64,000 nt of DNA from an uncultured delta proteobacterium (GCA_963806225.1 CAWDXG010000004.1:1440001-1504000), one strand, 5' to 3'. Positions 40,601 to 48,284 are shown, counted from the first letter of the stretch. Translations and numbers: made by a program. The notes: generated by a model not told the origin, from the sequence alone.

Positions 40601-42936
40601 GTCGACAGCACGCGCTCGTACGAACGGAACGCGCGGTCGGGCTGCTGGAGCCGGGTTTCGTAGACGGCAGCAGCGCGGTAGCTGAGCTCGACCTTCGCCG
40701 CGGGCTCCTGCGCCCGGTCGGCCGCGTTGCTGAGCACCTCGGCCAGACCTTCCCAGTCGTTCTGCGATCCGTAGAGCTCCTCGAGCCCGTCGTAGTCACC
40801 ACTCTCCAGGTACGACTCGCGCAGCACGCGCAGCGCCCTGTGGTGGCCCGGCGACAGCTCCAGCACGCGGCGCCAGGTCCGCGCGGCGCCTGCATGATCG
40901 CCGAGATGGTCGGCATACACGCTGCCGAGCTTCTGCAGCACGGAAAGCTGCGCCGCTTCGTCCTCCGAGATCTTCACGCGGCGCTCGAGCGCCTCGGCCA
41001 GCGTCTGCCAGTCCTTCGACCGCTCCGAGTACTTCTCCAGCGCGTCGAGCACCTCGACACGCGTCGGGTCCTGGTCGAGCAGCTGCTTGTACAGCGCGAC
41101 GGCATCCTGACCGCGGTTCAGGCGCTCGGCCGCGAGCTGTGCCATCTCCTTGAGGATGGTGACGCGTTCCGCGCCGTCGGAGGTCTCCAGTTCCCGCTGG
41201 AACAGCTCGTAGAGTGCGGGCCACGCGCGCCGCTTGCGATACAGCTCCTCGAGCCGCTCGCGCGCCTCGCGATCCGCCGGCGCCACCTTCAGGAGCGCTT
41301 CATAGGCCTCGGTCGCGTTCTGCACGTTGGAGAACTGCTCCAACCAGCGACGCGCCGCCGAACGGTACAGCGCGATCTTCTCCTCCTCGTCGGAAGTCAG
41401 CTCGGCCAGCCTGAGCTGGTTGGTCAAAAGCTCGCGCCAGCGGCCGAGCTTCTCGTACAGCTGAACCAGCTCGCGCACCTCGGCAATGTCGTTCTCGTCG
41501 AGCTTCTCGTCGAGCTGGACAATCTGGTTGAGTACGCTGACCAGCGCGGTATCGCTCTTGACGTACTGCCGGTAGACGGTGGCGACCTCGCGCAGGATCG
41601 ACAGGCGCGTCTCGTAGGCTTCCGGATCGGTGCGCTCGAGCTGCTGGCGCAAGAGCTCGACCAGGGCGTTGAACCCCTGCGTCTGCTTGTACAGGCGCTT
41701 CAGCGCGTCGCGCGCCTCGCTGTTGTCCGGATCCTGACGCAGCACGGACTTGTACTGCTCGATGGCCTTCTGCGCGTTCTCCTGGCCCTCGGCCAGCTTT
41801 GCCAGCTCGCCGCCGAGCGCGACCTTGTCGTGGCCGTCCTTCATCGCGCGCTGCGCGGCCTGCAGCACCTCGATGAGCCGCCGGTCATCGCCGAGCTCGG
41901 TGCTGTATTCGCGGTAGAAATCCAGCATTCCCTGGTGGGTGGGGTCGAGCTTGCGGATGCGCTCGAACCAGGACTCGGCGTCGTGCGCGCTTCCACGCAT
42001 GCGCCAGTGCAGCATCGCGATCTGCAGCATGTCGCCCAGACGTTCGGCGTTGCCCAGATCGTGCGATTGAAGTCCTCGCTCGTAGAGCGCGACCAGATCG
42101 TCCCAGCGCTCCTCCTTGGAGTAGTACTCCGAGAGGAACGACATCGCCTCGCCGTGATCGGCATCCTGGCGCAGCACGCGGTCATAGGCGCTCGCGGCGC
42201 GCTCGCGATCCTCGAGCTTGTCCTTGTAGAGCCGGGCCAGACGCACGCCCGCCGCAACGCGGCTCTCGGGCTTCTCGGCACGGTCGGCTACGCGCTCGAG
42301 CGCGCGCGCCGCTTCCTCCCAGCGCTCGCCACGCCGGTAGAGCCGCTCCAGCATGTGGGCAGCGCGCTCGTTGCTCGGGTCGAGGCGCACGGCGTGCTCG
42401 AGCTTGTCGGTGATCGTATTGAGCTCGGCCTCACCGGCACCGAAGCGCAGCTCCATCTCGGCTGCGCGCATCAGCATCGAGCTCTTGTAGACGTCGTCGG
42501 GGGCCTGGTCCGCCTCGCCCTCGTAGGTGGAGACCAGCTCCCTCCACTTGCCGCGCTTGCCTTCGCTCTCCTCGAGAGCCTCGGCGGCCTCGGGGTCGTC
42601 GGGCTCGAGCTCCTGGACGCGTAGCCAGACGACGCCGGCGCCGTCTTCGTCGAGCAGTTGATCGTGCAGCACGGCCGCCTGCTCCCTGAGGAGCGGCAGC
42701 TCGTCCGGCGTCCCCACGGTCGCCTGCACCGCGATCTCGAGCAACGCCGCCGCGGCATCCCACTCGCCGCGCTCGCCGTGCCTCTGTCGTGCGGCCTCGA
42801 GCAGACGCAGGAGCTCGGGCGGCGTCAGATCGCCGTCGGACTCCGCCACCGCCTCCCGCAGCGTCTGCCAGGCCTCTCGGGAGTCGGGGTCATCCTGCAA
42901 GTGCCCAAGTGCGGTCCGGATCGTCTGCGAATCCAT
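31606..42936 (-). CDS. Giant (3776 aa) TPR-repeat protein, AgmK/GltI-like
   Basis: Uninterrupted 11.3-kb ORF of acidic TPR-like repeats (A..AL.RLY....RW..L), no signal peptide. Size and repeat style match myxobacterial AgmK-type proteins. Confidence 0.88.
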   Translation of the reverse strand: MDSQTIRTALGHLQDDPDSREAWQTLREAVAESDGDLTPPELLRLLEAARQRHGERGEWDAAAALLEIAVQATVGTPDELPLLREQAAVLHDQLLDEDGAGVVWLRVQELEPDDPEAAEALEESEGKRGKWRELVSTYEGEADQAPDDVYKSSMLMRAAEMELRFGAGEAELNTITDKLEHAVRLDPSNERAAHMLERLYRRGERWEEAARALERVADRAEKPESRVAAGVRLARLYKDKLEDRERAASAYDRVLRQDADHGEAMSFLSEYYSKEERWDDLVALYERGLQSHDLGNAERLGDMLQIAMLHWRMRGSAHDAESWFERIRKLDPTHQGMLDFYREYSTELGDDRRLIEVLQAAQRAMKDGHDKVALGGELAKLAEGQENAQKAIEQYKSVLRQDPDNSEARDALKRLYKQTQGFNALVELLRQQLERTDPEAYETRLSILREVATVYRQYVKSDTALVSVLNQIVQLDEKLDENDIAEVRELVQLYEKLGRWRELLTNQLRLAELTSDEEEKIALYRSAARRWLEQFSNVQNATEAYEALLKVAPADREARERLEELYRKRRAWPALYELFQRELETSDGAERVTILKEMAQLAAERLNRGQDAVALYKQLLDQDPTRVEVLDALEKYSERSKDWQTLAEALERRVKISEDEAAQLSVLQKLGSVYADHLGDHAGAARTWRRVLELSPGHHRALRVLRESYLESGDYDGLEELYGSQNDWEGLAEVLSNAADRAQEPAAKVELSYRAAAVYETRLQQPDRAFRSYERVLSTHPDDARAARALVPLYEEDEKWARLPALYEVLLQHAEDNGEKIELLGKLVEVTGGRLSDRKAAVGYARQAYELAPANASALELLENSARSAQSWEPFVEALEARLSSDGARQEEAPPEGGGKKRRKRKKADTAAEDGGPSPEEHRELSLKLARVYAEELGRSDEAVATYRRLLEREPSDEDAAQALEAILRREDRRDELRWLLDLRVEHTPSDADRVHILSDWATLEEEVFGSGEGAAALYRRVLEIEPENAVALGALPRLLLAAGDAAGAAEVIEQHRDQLAGAERAALEVDLAELYLDRLERPMDALAAAVRALESSEGDPRAMKVLQRLMDNPEARSAAAEELSRQFAATGESRSEAQALEVMLSQATERAERMNLYARLADVHEEKLGAFGTALDVVLKAVAEYPDELELWDRADSLAVLAGRPTELAETFRDAMRGELPAEIEVELCERAARLHEDRLGDPIGATPYLEKVLALDPGNERAFTRLKDILTAAERWGELEALYDRASQATDDTARRVDMLVEVALICEEIIEDAEKATRYYERILKIDPLHDAAVRALDRLYARQERHKDLAALLERRLDTAAGEEASELKLRLARIQLEQLHEPDKAVVHVEDVLRDKPNDYDARELAEKMLEIGSLRGRAARMLESVYEARDEIRDLVRVLVIRLEALDAGAGEDNEAIRLDEQKELLRRIATLRDDRLHDDDAALESLARLVPLDPLDVESRERLLEIGRRVGAHARVAEVLGTAADHADTPGMKGEILMQVAHIYEDLLGDTGRAEETYRRIITLDESDAELVLPAARALERIYVGSGEHEKLAGVLRTQVAMDQDGDVRRDLLGRLGELCDSVLHDTDGAIQAWRSRSEESPGDEQALAALDRLYEQTERWRELVEIIERRRDIAEDGDQRRTLMTRAAGILAGQLSSVPEAIDAWRAVIDEFGPELQALSAIEKLYESAERWDELGESYEVHLDITEDDAERLSMLARLGDLRRQHLGDLEGALETYRRALSLDTSHAPSRTALEILLEVDDIPTRREAAEVLHPIYETDGDNERLLKVLEIEIDAADDPMSRLEGLERAMQVAEGALGDQGRAFGYAERAVREAAGRAELEPWLEHLERLAGATERQAQYVKLLCEVVAEIFDGEVQLAVTLKIADLARHQLADRELAREYYQKALELRADDRQALSALESLYEEAGDAQNLLEILERRVEAAEGDDERKQLLFRRARLLADVIEDNARAIEVYETILDLDLDPAAIEALEKLYAAEERWSELVELYQRQLESSDTPELHVKIAGVASKHQNDAQRAFDELERALELEKQHEGSIAELERMMAEAPEAESRARAASLLEPVYLLRADFAKVMDCIRARLDFTQDPDERRDLLGRLAQLYEEQQEDYSAALETAAKLLHEDVADEETLAEVERLAKVAGAERRLAEIYAAELEEAVGEDPSTARLARRTGEIFAELDEHDKALVYYRRALAFEPESQPLFDAVDEILQKTEKYEERVQLYRDALDHRFEPAERLGILHTIAALQREKLGLVDEAIDTHRSALDVDESDAVALDALTELYRERERWVDLSELYLRRAELAETPESAATYRLALARLFKKEMEDVDRAIDQLDEIVRMVPTNGDAIAELEALLEVDVHKERVVEILRPLYESADDWRHLIKLNEDRYELAQDPAEKVAVLRETAQLWEERGSDLARAQRALKVAFEIDPDDADVRGEFERLTESIGAWGQLADTYDEVLEQQPDLAARREILATLARVHDQHRDDPRRALEAYGRLHDVDPADIEPLNKMERLATLLSDWPVVVRALTAKADLLLDDEERASAWRRIGEAKRDMLEDPGGAIEAYERALELEPDSAFTVDCLIDLREGREDAEPLVELYQRRVELCDEEDIDLKYNLLSSAARCYEEKLEDRIQAIEALGQALAVKPGDREVLTGLNRLYRAEQMWPELLDNLKLEASTSESAEERSALRKQIGGILSEQLQSYDEALEAYRLVLEEAPDDGESIAAVRTLGKEHEDLRSTVAGILIPVLQAGGRHEDLVDALELRLTVETDPPQRSGTLRTIAEVFESKLERPAMAEAALLRALTEQPEASELHADVERLAEAADGWARYADALSERAQATFDPDISKDLYTRLGRIAEEKLEDNKRAVEAYVRAIEQAGDQPELLSALDRLHARLGDSQALSEILERRVVIEESEAEQAELYYRLAVLQIRDFSEPARGLSSLRMALERVPAHEQAAEELEKLTDDRDLFEEAAEVLEGVYRSQNRTDRLASLYEKRVGFADTPGERIDMRRSLARVLEEDVGDATQAQRVLQQGLSDDPTDSALLEEIERLAPITGNWEGAAAALRDAIEKSPDLVPDTGRELCVRLATWQRDRVEDNAAAEQALTKALEFDPSSDEVLVLVEQLQHAPGREKDLIATLRRRAKLQLDEQRREDLFRQAAELCNAQNDAELGESLLRELLGLDDSNLWALSELTALREAAGDYEETYNLLVRRSELRAEYSLVRELRHKAAGIARDKLGDNDKAVALYEHLFEDEPTDREASGALKGLYEATERWEDLGRLLERLIEMAESPADRSALRIELARLNEQRFEAPDTAIELLRGVLYDEPGHSEAVVALSELYEKTQRDEELAELLNSQIQAASERGDTEAELKFQVRLGEVYESRLGNRQKAIETYRSVLERDAQHRGALESLTRLFQAEGDHAEAAKSIERLLDMSGGDDAVRLSIELADEFAELGDAESSARALERGLGADERNAELRSRLHGLYESMQAWDKLASLVAADAGFAGSDDEKVKLLREAASIHSDKRKDHAAAAELLDQASQLKPDDRELLLALCDAYSESGRGKAAAEVLEKIVESYGGKRSKELGEIHRRLANAYLAEGDTQRALEELDKAFRIEPGNVNVLKKLGEVALQADDLKRAQQMFRALLLQRLDANSPITKAEVFMNLGEVHHRMGEKPKAIQMLERAIQSDASLEQAKTRLAELKGG

Positions 42937-42996
42937 TCTCCACCCGTCGAAAAAATGCGCTTGTGCGGTGCGCGCGGTGTGTGCCGAGGGGGGCCG

Positions 42997-43025
42997 AGAG
43001 TACGCTGCGTGTCGGGGCGTTACAA
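42997..43025 (-). promoter_or_regulatory. Putative sigma-70 promoter of the giant TPR gene
   Basis: Minus strand TTGTAA-17 bp-TACTCT, 60 bp upstream of ATG 42936. GGAG RBS adjacent to the start. Confidence 0.45.
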
Positions 43026-43035
43026 GCCCGGGAAA

Positions 43036-43884
43036 TCAGCGATTCTGCTTGACTTGTGCCGCCTGCCGGAGCTCCCGGAGCAGGCGTCGCTGGGCCGCCA
43101 CCGCGGCGCCGTCCGCACCCAGTTCCGCCGCCCGGTCCAGGGCCTGCCGGGCCTCGTCCAGGCGCCCCAACTCGAGCAGCGCGAGGGAGCGGCCGAGCCG
43201 GGCGTCGGCGAAGCGGGGGCGCGCCGCGATGATGGCGTCGTACTGGACAAGCGCGGCGGCCGGCTGGTGCTGCTTCAAGGCCAGCGTGGCCAACCCCACG
43301 CGGTTGTCCAAGGCCCGCGGGTCGGCCTTCAAGCCCGACTCGTAGGCCTGCCGGGCGCCGGCGCTGTCACCCCGTCGCATCCGCACCAGGCCCAGCGCGT
43401 GCCACACCTCCGCGTCCCGGGGATTGCGGCGGAGCGCCTTCACAAGTCGCGGCTCGGCGAGCTCCACCTCGCCCCAGCGCGCGGCGCGCAGGCCGCCTTC
43501 GCGCGGACCGGCCTCGTCGCGCGGCGCCACCTGCGCAGCGCGGTCGTACATGGCCAATGCGTCGTCGTAGCGGTGCGCGAGCTCGTAGGCGTGACCCATC
43601 TCGATCCAGGGCACGGGACTTGCTTTTCCGAGTACGTTGCCGAGCTGCTCCGCTTCACGTTCCGCAGCGCCCAGGTTGCCGGTGAGCGCAAGCACGCGGA
43701 CCAACATGCGGCGGTCCTCGATCGCCGGAGGGTGCTTCCGGATGTCGGCACGCAGGACGGCGGCCGCCTCGTCGTAGCGCCCCTTCTCGGCGAGCAGGGC
43801 GGCGTCCTGACGGGCGTCCGAAAACCCCGCCGCGCATCCCGCCAGCATGACCGCGATCAGCGCCGCTCCCAGTCGATCCCGCAC
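43036..43884 (-). CDS. TPR-repeat lipoprotein
   Basis: Lipobox LAG|C followed by about six TPR units. Confidence 0.82.
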   Translation of the reverse strand: MRDRLGAALIAVMLAGCAAGFSDARQDAALLAEKGRYDEAAAVLRADIRKHPPAIEDRRMLVRVLALTGNLGAAEREAEQLGNVLGKASPVPWIEMGHAYELAHRYDDALAMYDRAAQVAPRDEAGPREGGLRAARWGEVELAEPRLVKALRRNPRDAEVWHALGLVRMRRGDSAGARQAYESGLKADPRALDNRVGLATLALKQHQPAAALVQYDAIIAARPRFADARLGRSLALLELGRLDEARQALDRAAELGADGAAVAAQRRLLRELRQAAQVKQNR

Positions 43885-43976
43885 GCTGGGAGGCTAGTGC
43901 GGCGCCCTCCGCCCGCCAAGGCGCTAGCGCGCCTCGGTTCACGGTACCCCGGCACTTGCCGGCGCTGTTGCCCGGC

Positions 43977-44030
43977 GAGCTGAACGATCGCCACTGGCAG
44001 GTCATCGACTACTTCCGGAAAGAAGCCGGG
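43977..44030 (+). pseudogene. Possible short remnant of a TusE/DsrC-family sulfur relay gene
   Basis: Encodes ELNDRHWQVIDYFRKE, resembling the conserved 'L..eHW.vI.y.R' segment. No N- or C-terminal parts are visible. Confidence 0.35.
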
Positions 44031-44043
44031 CTGACGGCGATCA

Positions 44044-44685
44044 TCAGTGCAGCCAGCCCGAGCCCCCATAGGGAGGCTTCTGCTCCCCGATCATCGCGTG
44101 GCGCCAGATGTACTCTCCAGGCCGTACCAGTACGTTTTCCGAGCTGGGCACGTGCGTCCTATCACCGACGGTGAGCCGGTAGTCGCCCGGCGGCAGTGGC
44201 AACACCAGCGGCAGAGCCCGCCGGCCAGTCCGGCTCGCTTCCAGGGAGCGTCGAGCAACCGACTTCCCGGCACGGCTCGAGACATCGACGCTGCCGCGCG
44301 AGATGTCCGCCGTCACGACGATGCCCTGCCCTGGCGGCGGAAGCCTGAACGGCGCGCCATCGCCCCTGAGCCACTCCAGCGGATGCCGGTGGCGCTCTTT
44401 CCGCTTCGACCCCGCGCAGATCCTGGTGCTGGTCGGAGCGTAGTCGCATTTGCCGTCGGTGTACTCGACCCTCGCGACCACGGTCGCGCGGCCCTTGGCC
44501 TCGATACGGATGTGGTGGTTTCCGGTCGGGAACCCGATGGTCGTCGGCTTGCCGGCGCTGACGCTGTTCGTCGCCTTCGCGCCGTCCGCGCTCTCAATCT
44601 CGACCTTCGCGTCGGGTGTGATCCAGACCTCGGCGCGGTGACAAGCGACGAGCGCCAGCGGGAGTAGCAGGAGCGGAGCCCGCAT
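44044..44685 (-). CDS. Hypothetical lipoprotein (two small PEGA-like beta domains)
   Basis: Lipobox LVA|C, with PTGNHHIRI and LPPGDYRLTV motifs. Confidence 0.6.
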   Translation of the reverse strand: MRAPLLLLPLALVACHRAEVWITPDAKVEIESADGAKATNSVSAGKPTTIGFPTGNHHIRIEAKGRATVVARVEYTDGKCDYAPTSTRICAGSKRKERHRHPLEWLRGDGAPFRLPPPGQGIVVTADISRGSVDVSSRAGKSVARRSLEASRTGRRALPLVLPLPPGDYRLTVGDRTHVPSSENVLVRPGEYIWRHAMIGEQKPPYGGSGWLH

Positions 44686-45144
44686 CTATGTGGAGCAGAT
44701 CTTGCGGTTGCTCGCGCCGCCGCCGGTGGAGCGGCAGGTGAACGCGGCGTTGCCCAGCTTCTGGCAGTAGACGTTCGCGTCGGTGTAGCCGGCAGCCTTC
44801 ACGGCGGCGTCCTCGCAGCTCAAAAAGCAGTAGCTTTCGGGCTGGTTCTCGAACGGCGAGCACACTTCCTTGAGCCCCGTCCGGCACTCGCCGGGAACCG
44901 CGCAGCAATCGGTGTCGGCCGTGCACAGGTGCGTGCAGTAGCCGTTCGGCACCTTGCTGAGGCACGTGACCGTGCCCTTGATCTGCGTCTGGTCCTTCAC
45001 GTCGGGGTAGCAGGTCGCTGCCGTGGCGCACGTGCTCCCCGCTTGCTCGCCGGGCGGCGCGCCACCGCTTCCGCTGCTGCCACACGCCGTCGCGACCAGC
45101 GCAGCGCCGAGAAGAAACAGCATGCCACCGCGAACCCTTTTCAT
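44686..45144 (-). CDS. Small cysteine-rich lipoprotein
   Basis: MKRVRGGMLFLLGAALVATA|C, with 14 further Cys in about 120 aa. Confidence 0.75.
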   Translation of the reverse strand: MKRVRGGMLFLLGAALVATACGSSGSGGAPPGEQAGSTCATAATCYPDVKDQTQIKGTVTCLSKVPNGYCTHLCTADTDCCAVPGECRTGLKEVCSPFENQPESYCFLSCEDAAVKAAGYTDANVYCQKLGNAAFTCRSTGGGASNRKICST

Positions 45145-45187
45145 AGGAGGCAGGCTAGACGAGGCAAGGCGAGCCAGCAACGGCCAT

Positions 45188-45994
45188 TCAGCGCACGACG
45201 ACGCCGAGCGCGTTCGACGCATACACGCCACGCACCGCCGACTTTTCCACGAGATCGGAGCCGAGTGGAACGCCGCGCGGCTTGAAGCGGCAGAAACGGT
45301 ACACGACCCAGAGCGTGTAGGCGCCCGGCCGCCCGATGCCCGCGGTCCGGAGGTGGCTCGCCCAGCCGTTGTCCGCGACCTTGCTGCGTCGCGCGCCGGC
45401 GGGGATCGAGACGTAGTCGCTCTTGTCGATCGCGTTGACGTTTCCGCAGCGACCGCCAACGAATGCCCAGCGGTAGAGCTTGCCGTTCGATTCGTCGCGC
45501 AGATACAGGTCGTAGCCCGGGTCGCGCATGTGCTCGAGCGTGCCGTCGAGCGGGCGCACGACGGTGAGCGGCTGGGGGGAGCGATTGTGGAACGTCAGGC
45601 GCAGTTCGAGCTCCTGTACGGGCGAGCGCTTCACGGGACCGGTCAGGTCGAGCTCCAACGCGCCGCCGTCCGCCGTGCTCGGCGGCGGCACGCTGCCGCT
45701 GACGGCGTAGAAGCCGTAGTCGCCGTCGAAGTCGGGTGCCATCAGCAACTGCGAGCTGTTGGCGATCGGCGGCGCAAGCGGACGCTTGCGATCAATCGTG
45801 GCGACGCGATCGCGACAGCTGGGCGGCACGTTCGACAGCTGTGCGAGATCGGTGATCGCCGCTCCTGCCCTGCTTGCGGGCTCTGCGGACACCGACGGCG
45901 CGGGCTTCTCGCGCTTCAACGGCGCCGGCCGCACAGTGCTGCACGCACCGAGCACGACCAGCGCGACAACCCCGATGCCGACAAGCCGCGCCAC
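45188..45994 (-). CDS. Hypothetical lipoprotein (Ig-like C-terminal domain)
   Basis: Probable GTG start at 45994, lipobox LGA|C, LRLTFHNRSPQPLTV...PGAYTLWVVY. Confidence 0.6.
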   Translation of the reverse strand: MARLVGIGVVALVVLGACSTVRPAPLKREKPAPSVSAEPASRAGAAITDLAQLSNVPPSCRDRVATIDRKRPLAPPIANSSQLLMAPDFDGDYGFYAVSGSVPPPSTADGGALELDLTGPVKRSPVQELELRLTFHNRSPQPLTVVRPLDGTLEHMRDPGYDLYLRDESNGKLYRWAFVGGRCGNVNAIDKSDYVSIPAGARRSKVADNGWASHLRTAGIGRPGAYTLWVVYRFCRFKPRGVPLGSDLVEKSAVRGVYASNALGVVVR

Positions 45995-46329
45995 AGTCTT
46001 TGTGACCCGCGCGGGGAGGAAGCCTTGGGAAGCCAAGTGCTCGAACGCGTGGCCCGCTCGTCGATTTCCGAGCCGGGCGTGGTCGAATGCATCCGCAGCG
46101 GGATCGCCGGCCTGAAGTTCCACACTGCCGACAAGCCGACTGGCGCGTCGTGGACGTTCGCGTTCCGGAACCCCGGGTAGCCGCTTCGCCAAGCGACGGG
46201 AGTGGGCTGCGGCGACGGTCGGGGCGCGCCTGCTTTGGGACCTGGTTGGGTGCGCCAACGGACAAGCGAGGACGAGCGCGGGTTGCGACGCAGAGCGAGC
46301 CCGGGCAATCGGGCCGCCACTTCCAGCTT

Positions 46330-46534
46330 CAAGCTGCGGCTTGACGCGCTCCGTGTCGACCTCGCCGACATTTGTGTCGCCAAGCCGCGGGCTTCACGCG
46401 CTTCGTGTCGGTCAGACCGACATTTGTGTCGCCGAGCCGCGGCTTCACGCAGTTTGTGTCGGCCTCGCCGGCACTTCCGTCGCCAAGCCGAAGCTTCGAG
46501 CACTTTCTGTCGGCCTCGCCGGCACTCCCGCGCC
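46330..46534. repeat. Intergenic tandem repeat, four degenerate copies of a 51-bp unit
   Basis: Units start at 46330, 46381, 46433 and 46484. Approximate consensus CAAGCCGCGGCTTCACGCnnTTnGTGTCGGCCTCGCCGrCAyTTnnGTCGC. Confidence 0.85.
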
Positions 46535-46617
46535 GTGCACGCAGGACGCACCGGGCGATATGCCGCCCGTCAGCCGCACTCTTGCGCCGCGCGGCGGGGA
46601 CAGCTAGGCCGGCGTGC

Positions 46618-47517
46618 ATGAAGGCGAGCGATATCAAGACCATCGCCGTGATCGGCGCTGGACAGATGGGTGGCGGCATCGCACAGGTGGCCGCCGGCAA
46701 GGGCTACACGGTGCTGCTGAGCGACGCGAGCGTTGAGCGCGCGCAGGCCGGCAAGGACAAGATCGCGAAGATCCTGGGCAAGCAGGTCGACAAGGGGCGG
46801 ATGAAGGCGGAGGAGCGCGAAGCGCTGCTCGAGCGCATCCACCCGATCGGGGCGGACCTGGAGGGCGTCGAGAAGGCGGACCTGGTGGTCGAGGCCGCAA
46901 CGGAGGACCGCGAGCTGAAGATCGACATCTTCAAGAAGGCCGACTCGAAGATGAAGCCCGACGCCATCCTCGCGTCGAACACCTCCAGCATCTCGATCAC
47001 GCGGCTGGCGGGGCAGACAAGTCGCCCGGGCAAGGTGATCGGCATGCACTTCATGAATCCCGTGCCGCTGATGAAGCTGGTCGAGATCGTGAACGGCGTG
47101 CAGACGGACCAGGAGACAACCGACACCATCCGCGAGCTGTCCGAGCAGCTCGGCAAGACGGTCATCACGAGCAAGGATCAGCCCGGCTTCGTCGTGAACC
47201 GCATGCTGATCCCGTTCCTGAACGAAGCGTGCTTCGCGCTGCAGGAGGGGCTCGGTACGCCGGAGGATATCGACCAGGGTGCCAAGCTGGGCTTGAACCA
47301 CCCGATGGGGCCGCTGGAGCTCGCCGACCTGATCGGCCTCGACACGCTGCTGTTCATCGCGGAGGTCCTGCACCGCGAGTTCGGCGACGACAAGTACCGC
47401 CCCGCCACGCTGCTCCGCAATCTGGTCGCCGCGGGCTGGTACGGCCGCAAGGTGGGCCGCGGCTTCTACGTCTACGACGACAAGGGCCAGAAGACGGGAC
47501 GGGCTTTCGAGCGATGA
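46618..47517 (+). CDS. hbd: 3-hydroxybutyryl-CoA dehydrogenase
   Basis: VIGAGQMGGGIA, VEAATE, ASNTSS, GMHFMNP, PGFVVNR, HPMGPLELADLIGLD. Confidence 0.93.
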   Translation: MKASDIKTIAVIGAGQMGGGIAQVAAGKGYTVLLSDASVERAQAGKDKIAKILGKQVDKGRMKAEEREALLERIHPIGADLEGVEKADLVVEAATEDRELKIDIFKKADSKMKPDAILASNTSSISITRLAGQTSRPGKVIGMHFMNPVPLMKLVEIVNGVQTDQETTDTIRELSEQLGKTVITSKDQPGFVVNRMLIPFLNEACFALQEGLGTPEDIDQGAKLGLNHPMGPLELADLIGLDTLLFIAEVLHREFGDDKYRPATLLRNLVAAGWYGRKVGRGFYVYDDKGQKTGRAFER

Positions 47518-48284
47518 GCTACGAGACACTTCTGGTCGAAGAGGCCGACGGCATCGTCACCATCACGGTGAACCGCCCCGACAAGCTCAACGCGCTGAAC
47601 GCGGTCGTTCTCCGCGAGCTGACCGATGCCGTGGAGGCGCTCGGCGACGCGCGCGTCGCGATCCTTACCGGTGCGGGCAAGGCGTTCGTCGCGGGCGCGG
47701 ACATCGCCGAGATGAAGGACATGAGCGCCGTGGAGGCCAAGGCCTTCAGCGACTCGGGGCATCGGCTCGGCTATCTGATGGAACAGGCGAAGTGCCCGAT
47801 CATCGCGGCGGTGAACGGTTTTGCGCTGGGAGGCGGGACGGAGCTCGCGCTCGCCTGCGACTTCATCTACGCCTCGGAGAAGGCGAAGTTCGGCCAGCCC
47901 GAAGTGAACCTCGGACTGATGCCCGGCTTCGGCGGCACACAGCGGCTGGCGCGCCGGGTCGGCATCGGCCGCGCGCGCGAGCTGGTCTACAGCGGCGCGA
48001 TGATCGACGCGGCGGAGGCGCTGCGCATCGGGCTGGCCAACCAGGTGGTGCCGCACGACGAGCTGATGGCCAAGGTGCGCGAGCTCGCCGGGACGATCGC
48101 CTCGAAGGCGCCCCTCGCCGTCGCCGCAAGCAAGCGAGTGATGGCCCGCGGCTACGACGCGGACCTCGCCACGGCCAACGAGCTGGAAGCCACGGCGTTC
48201 AGCGCGCTTTTCGGCAGCGAGGACCAGCGCGAGGGCACCGCGGCCTTCGTCGAGAAACGCAAGGCCACGTTCAAGGGGCGCTGA
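47514..48284 (+). CDS. crt: Enoyl-CoA hydratase (crotonase)
   Basis: NRPDKLNAL, AFVAGADI, AVNGFALGGGTELALACD, FGQPEV. ATGA overlap with hbd. Confidence 0.92.
   Translation: MSYETLLVEEADGIVTITVNRPDKLNALNAVVLRELTDAVEALGDARVAILTGAGKAFVAGADIAEMKDMSAVEAKAFSDSGHRLGYLMEQAKCPIIAAVNGFALGGGTELALACDFIYASEKAKFGQPEVNLGLMPGFGGTQRLARRVGIGRARELVYSGAMIDAAEALRIGLANQVVPHDELMAKVRELAGTIASKAPLAVAASKRVMARGYDADLATANELEATAFSALFGSEDQREGTAAFVEKRKATFKGR

Noticed and set aside
33349..42624. Long + strand ORFs (487-940 aa) antisense to the giant TPR gene
   Set aside because: Shadow ORFs expected from high-GC codon bias, with no recognisable domains.
46330..46534. CRISPR array
   Set aside because: Units are contiguous and degenerate, with no unique spacers and no cas genes.
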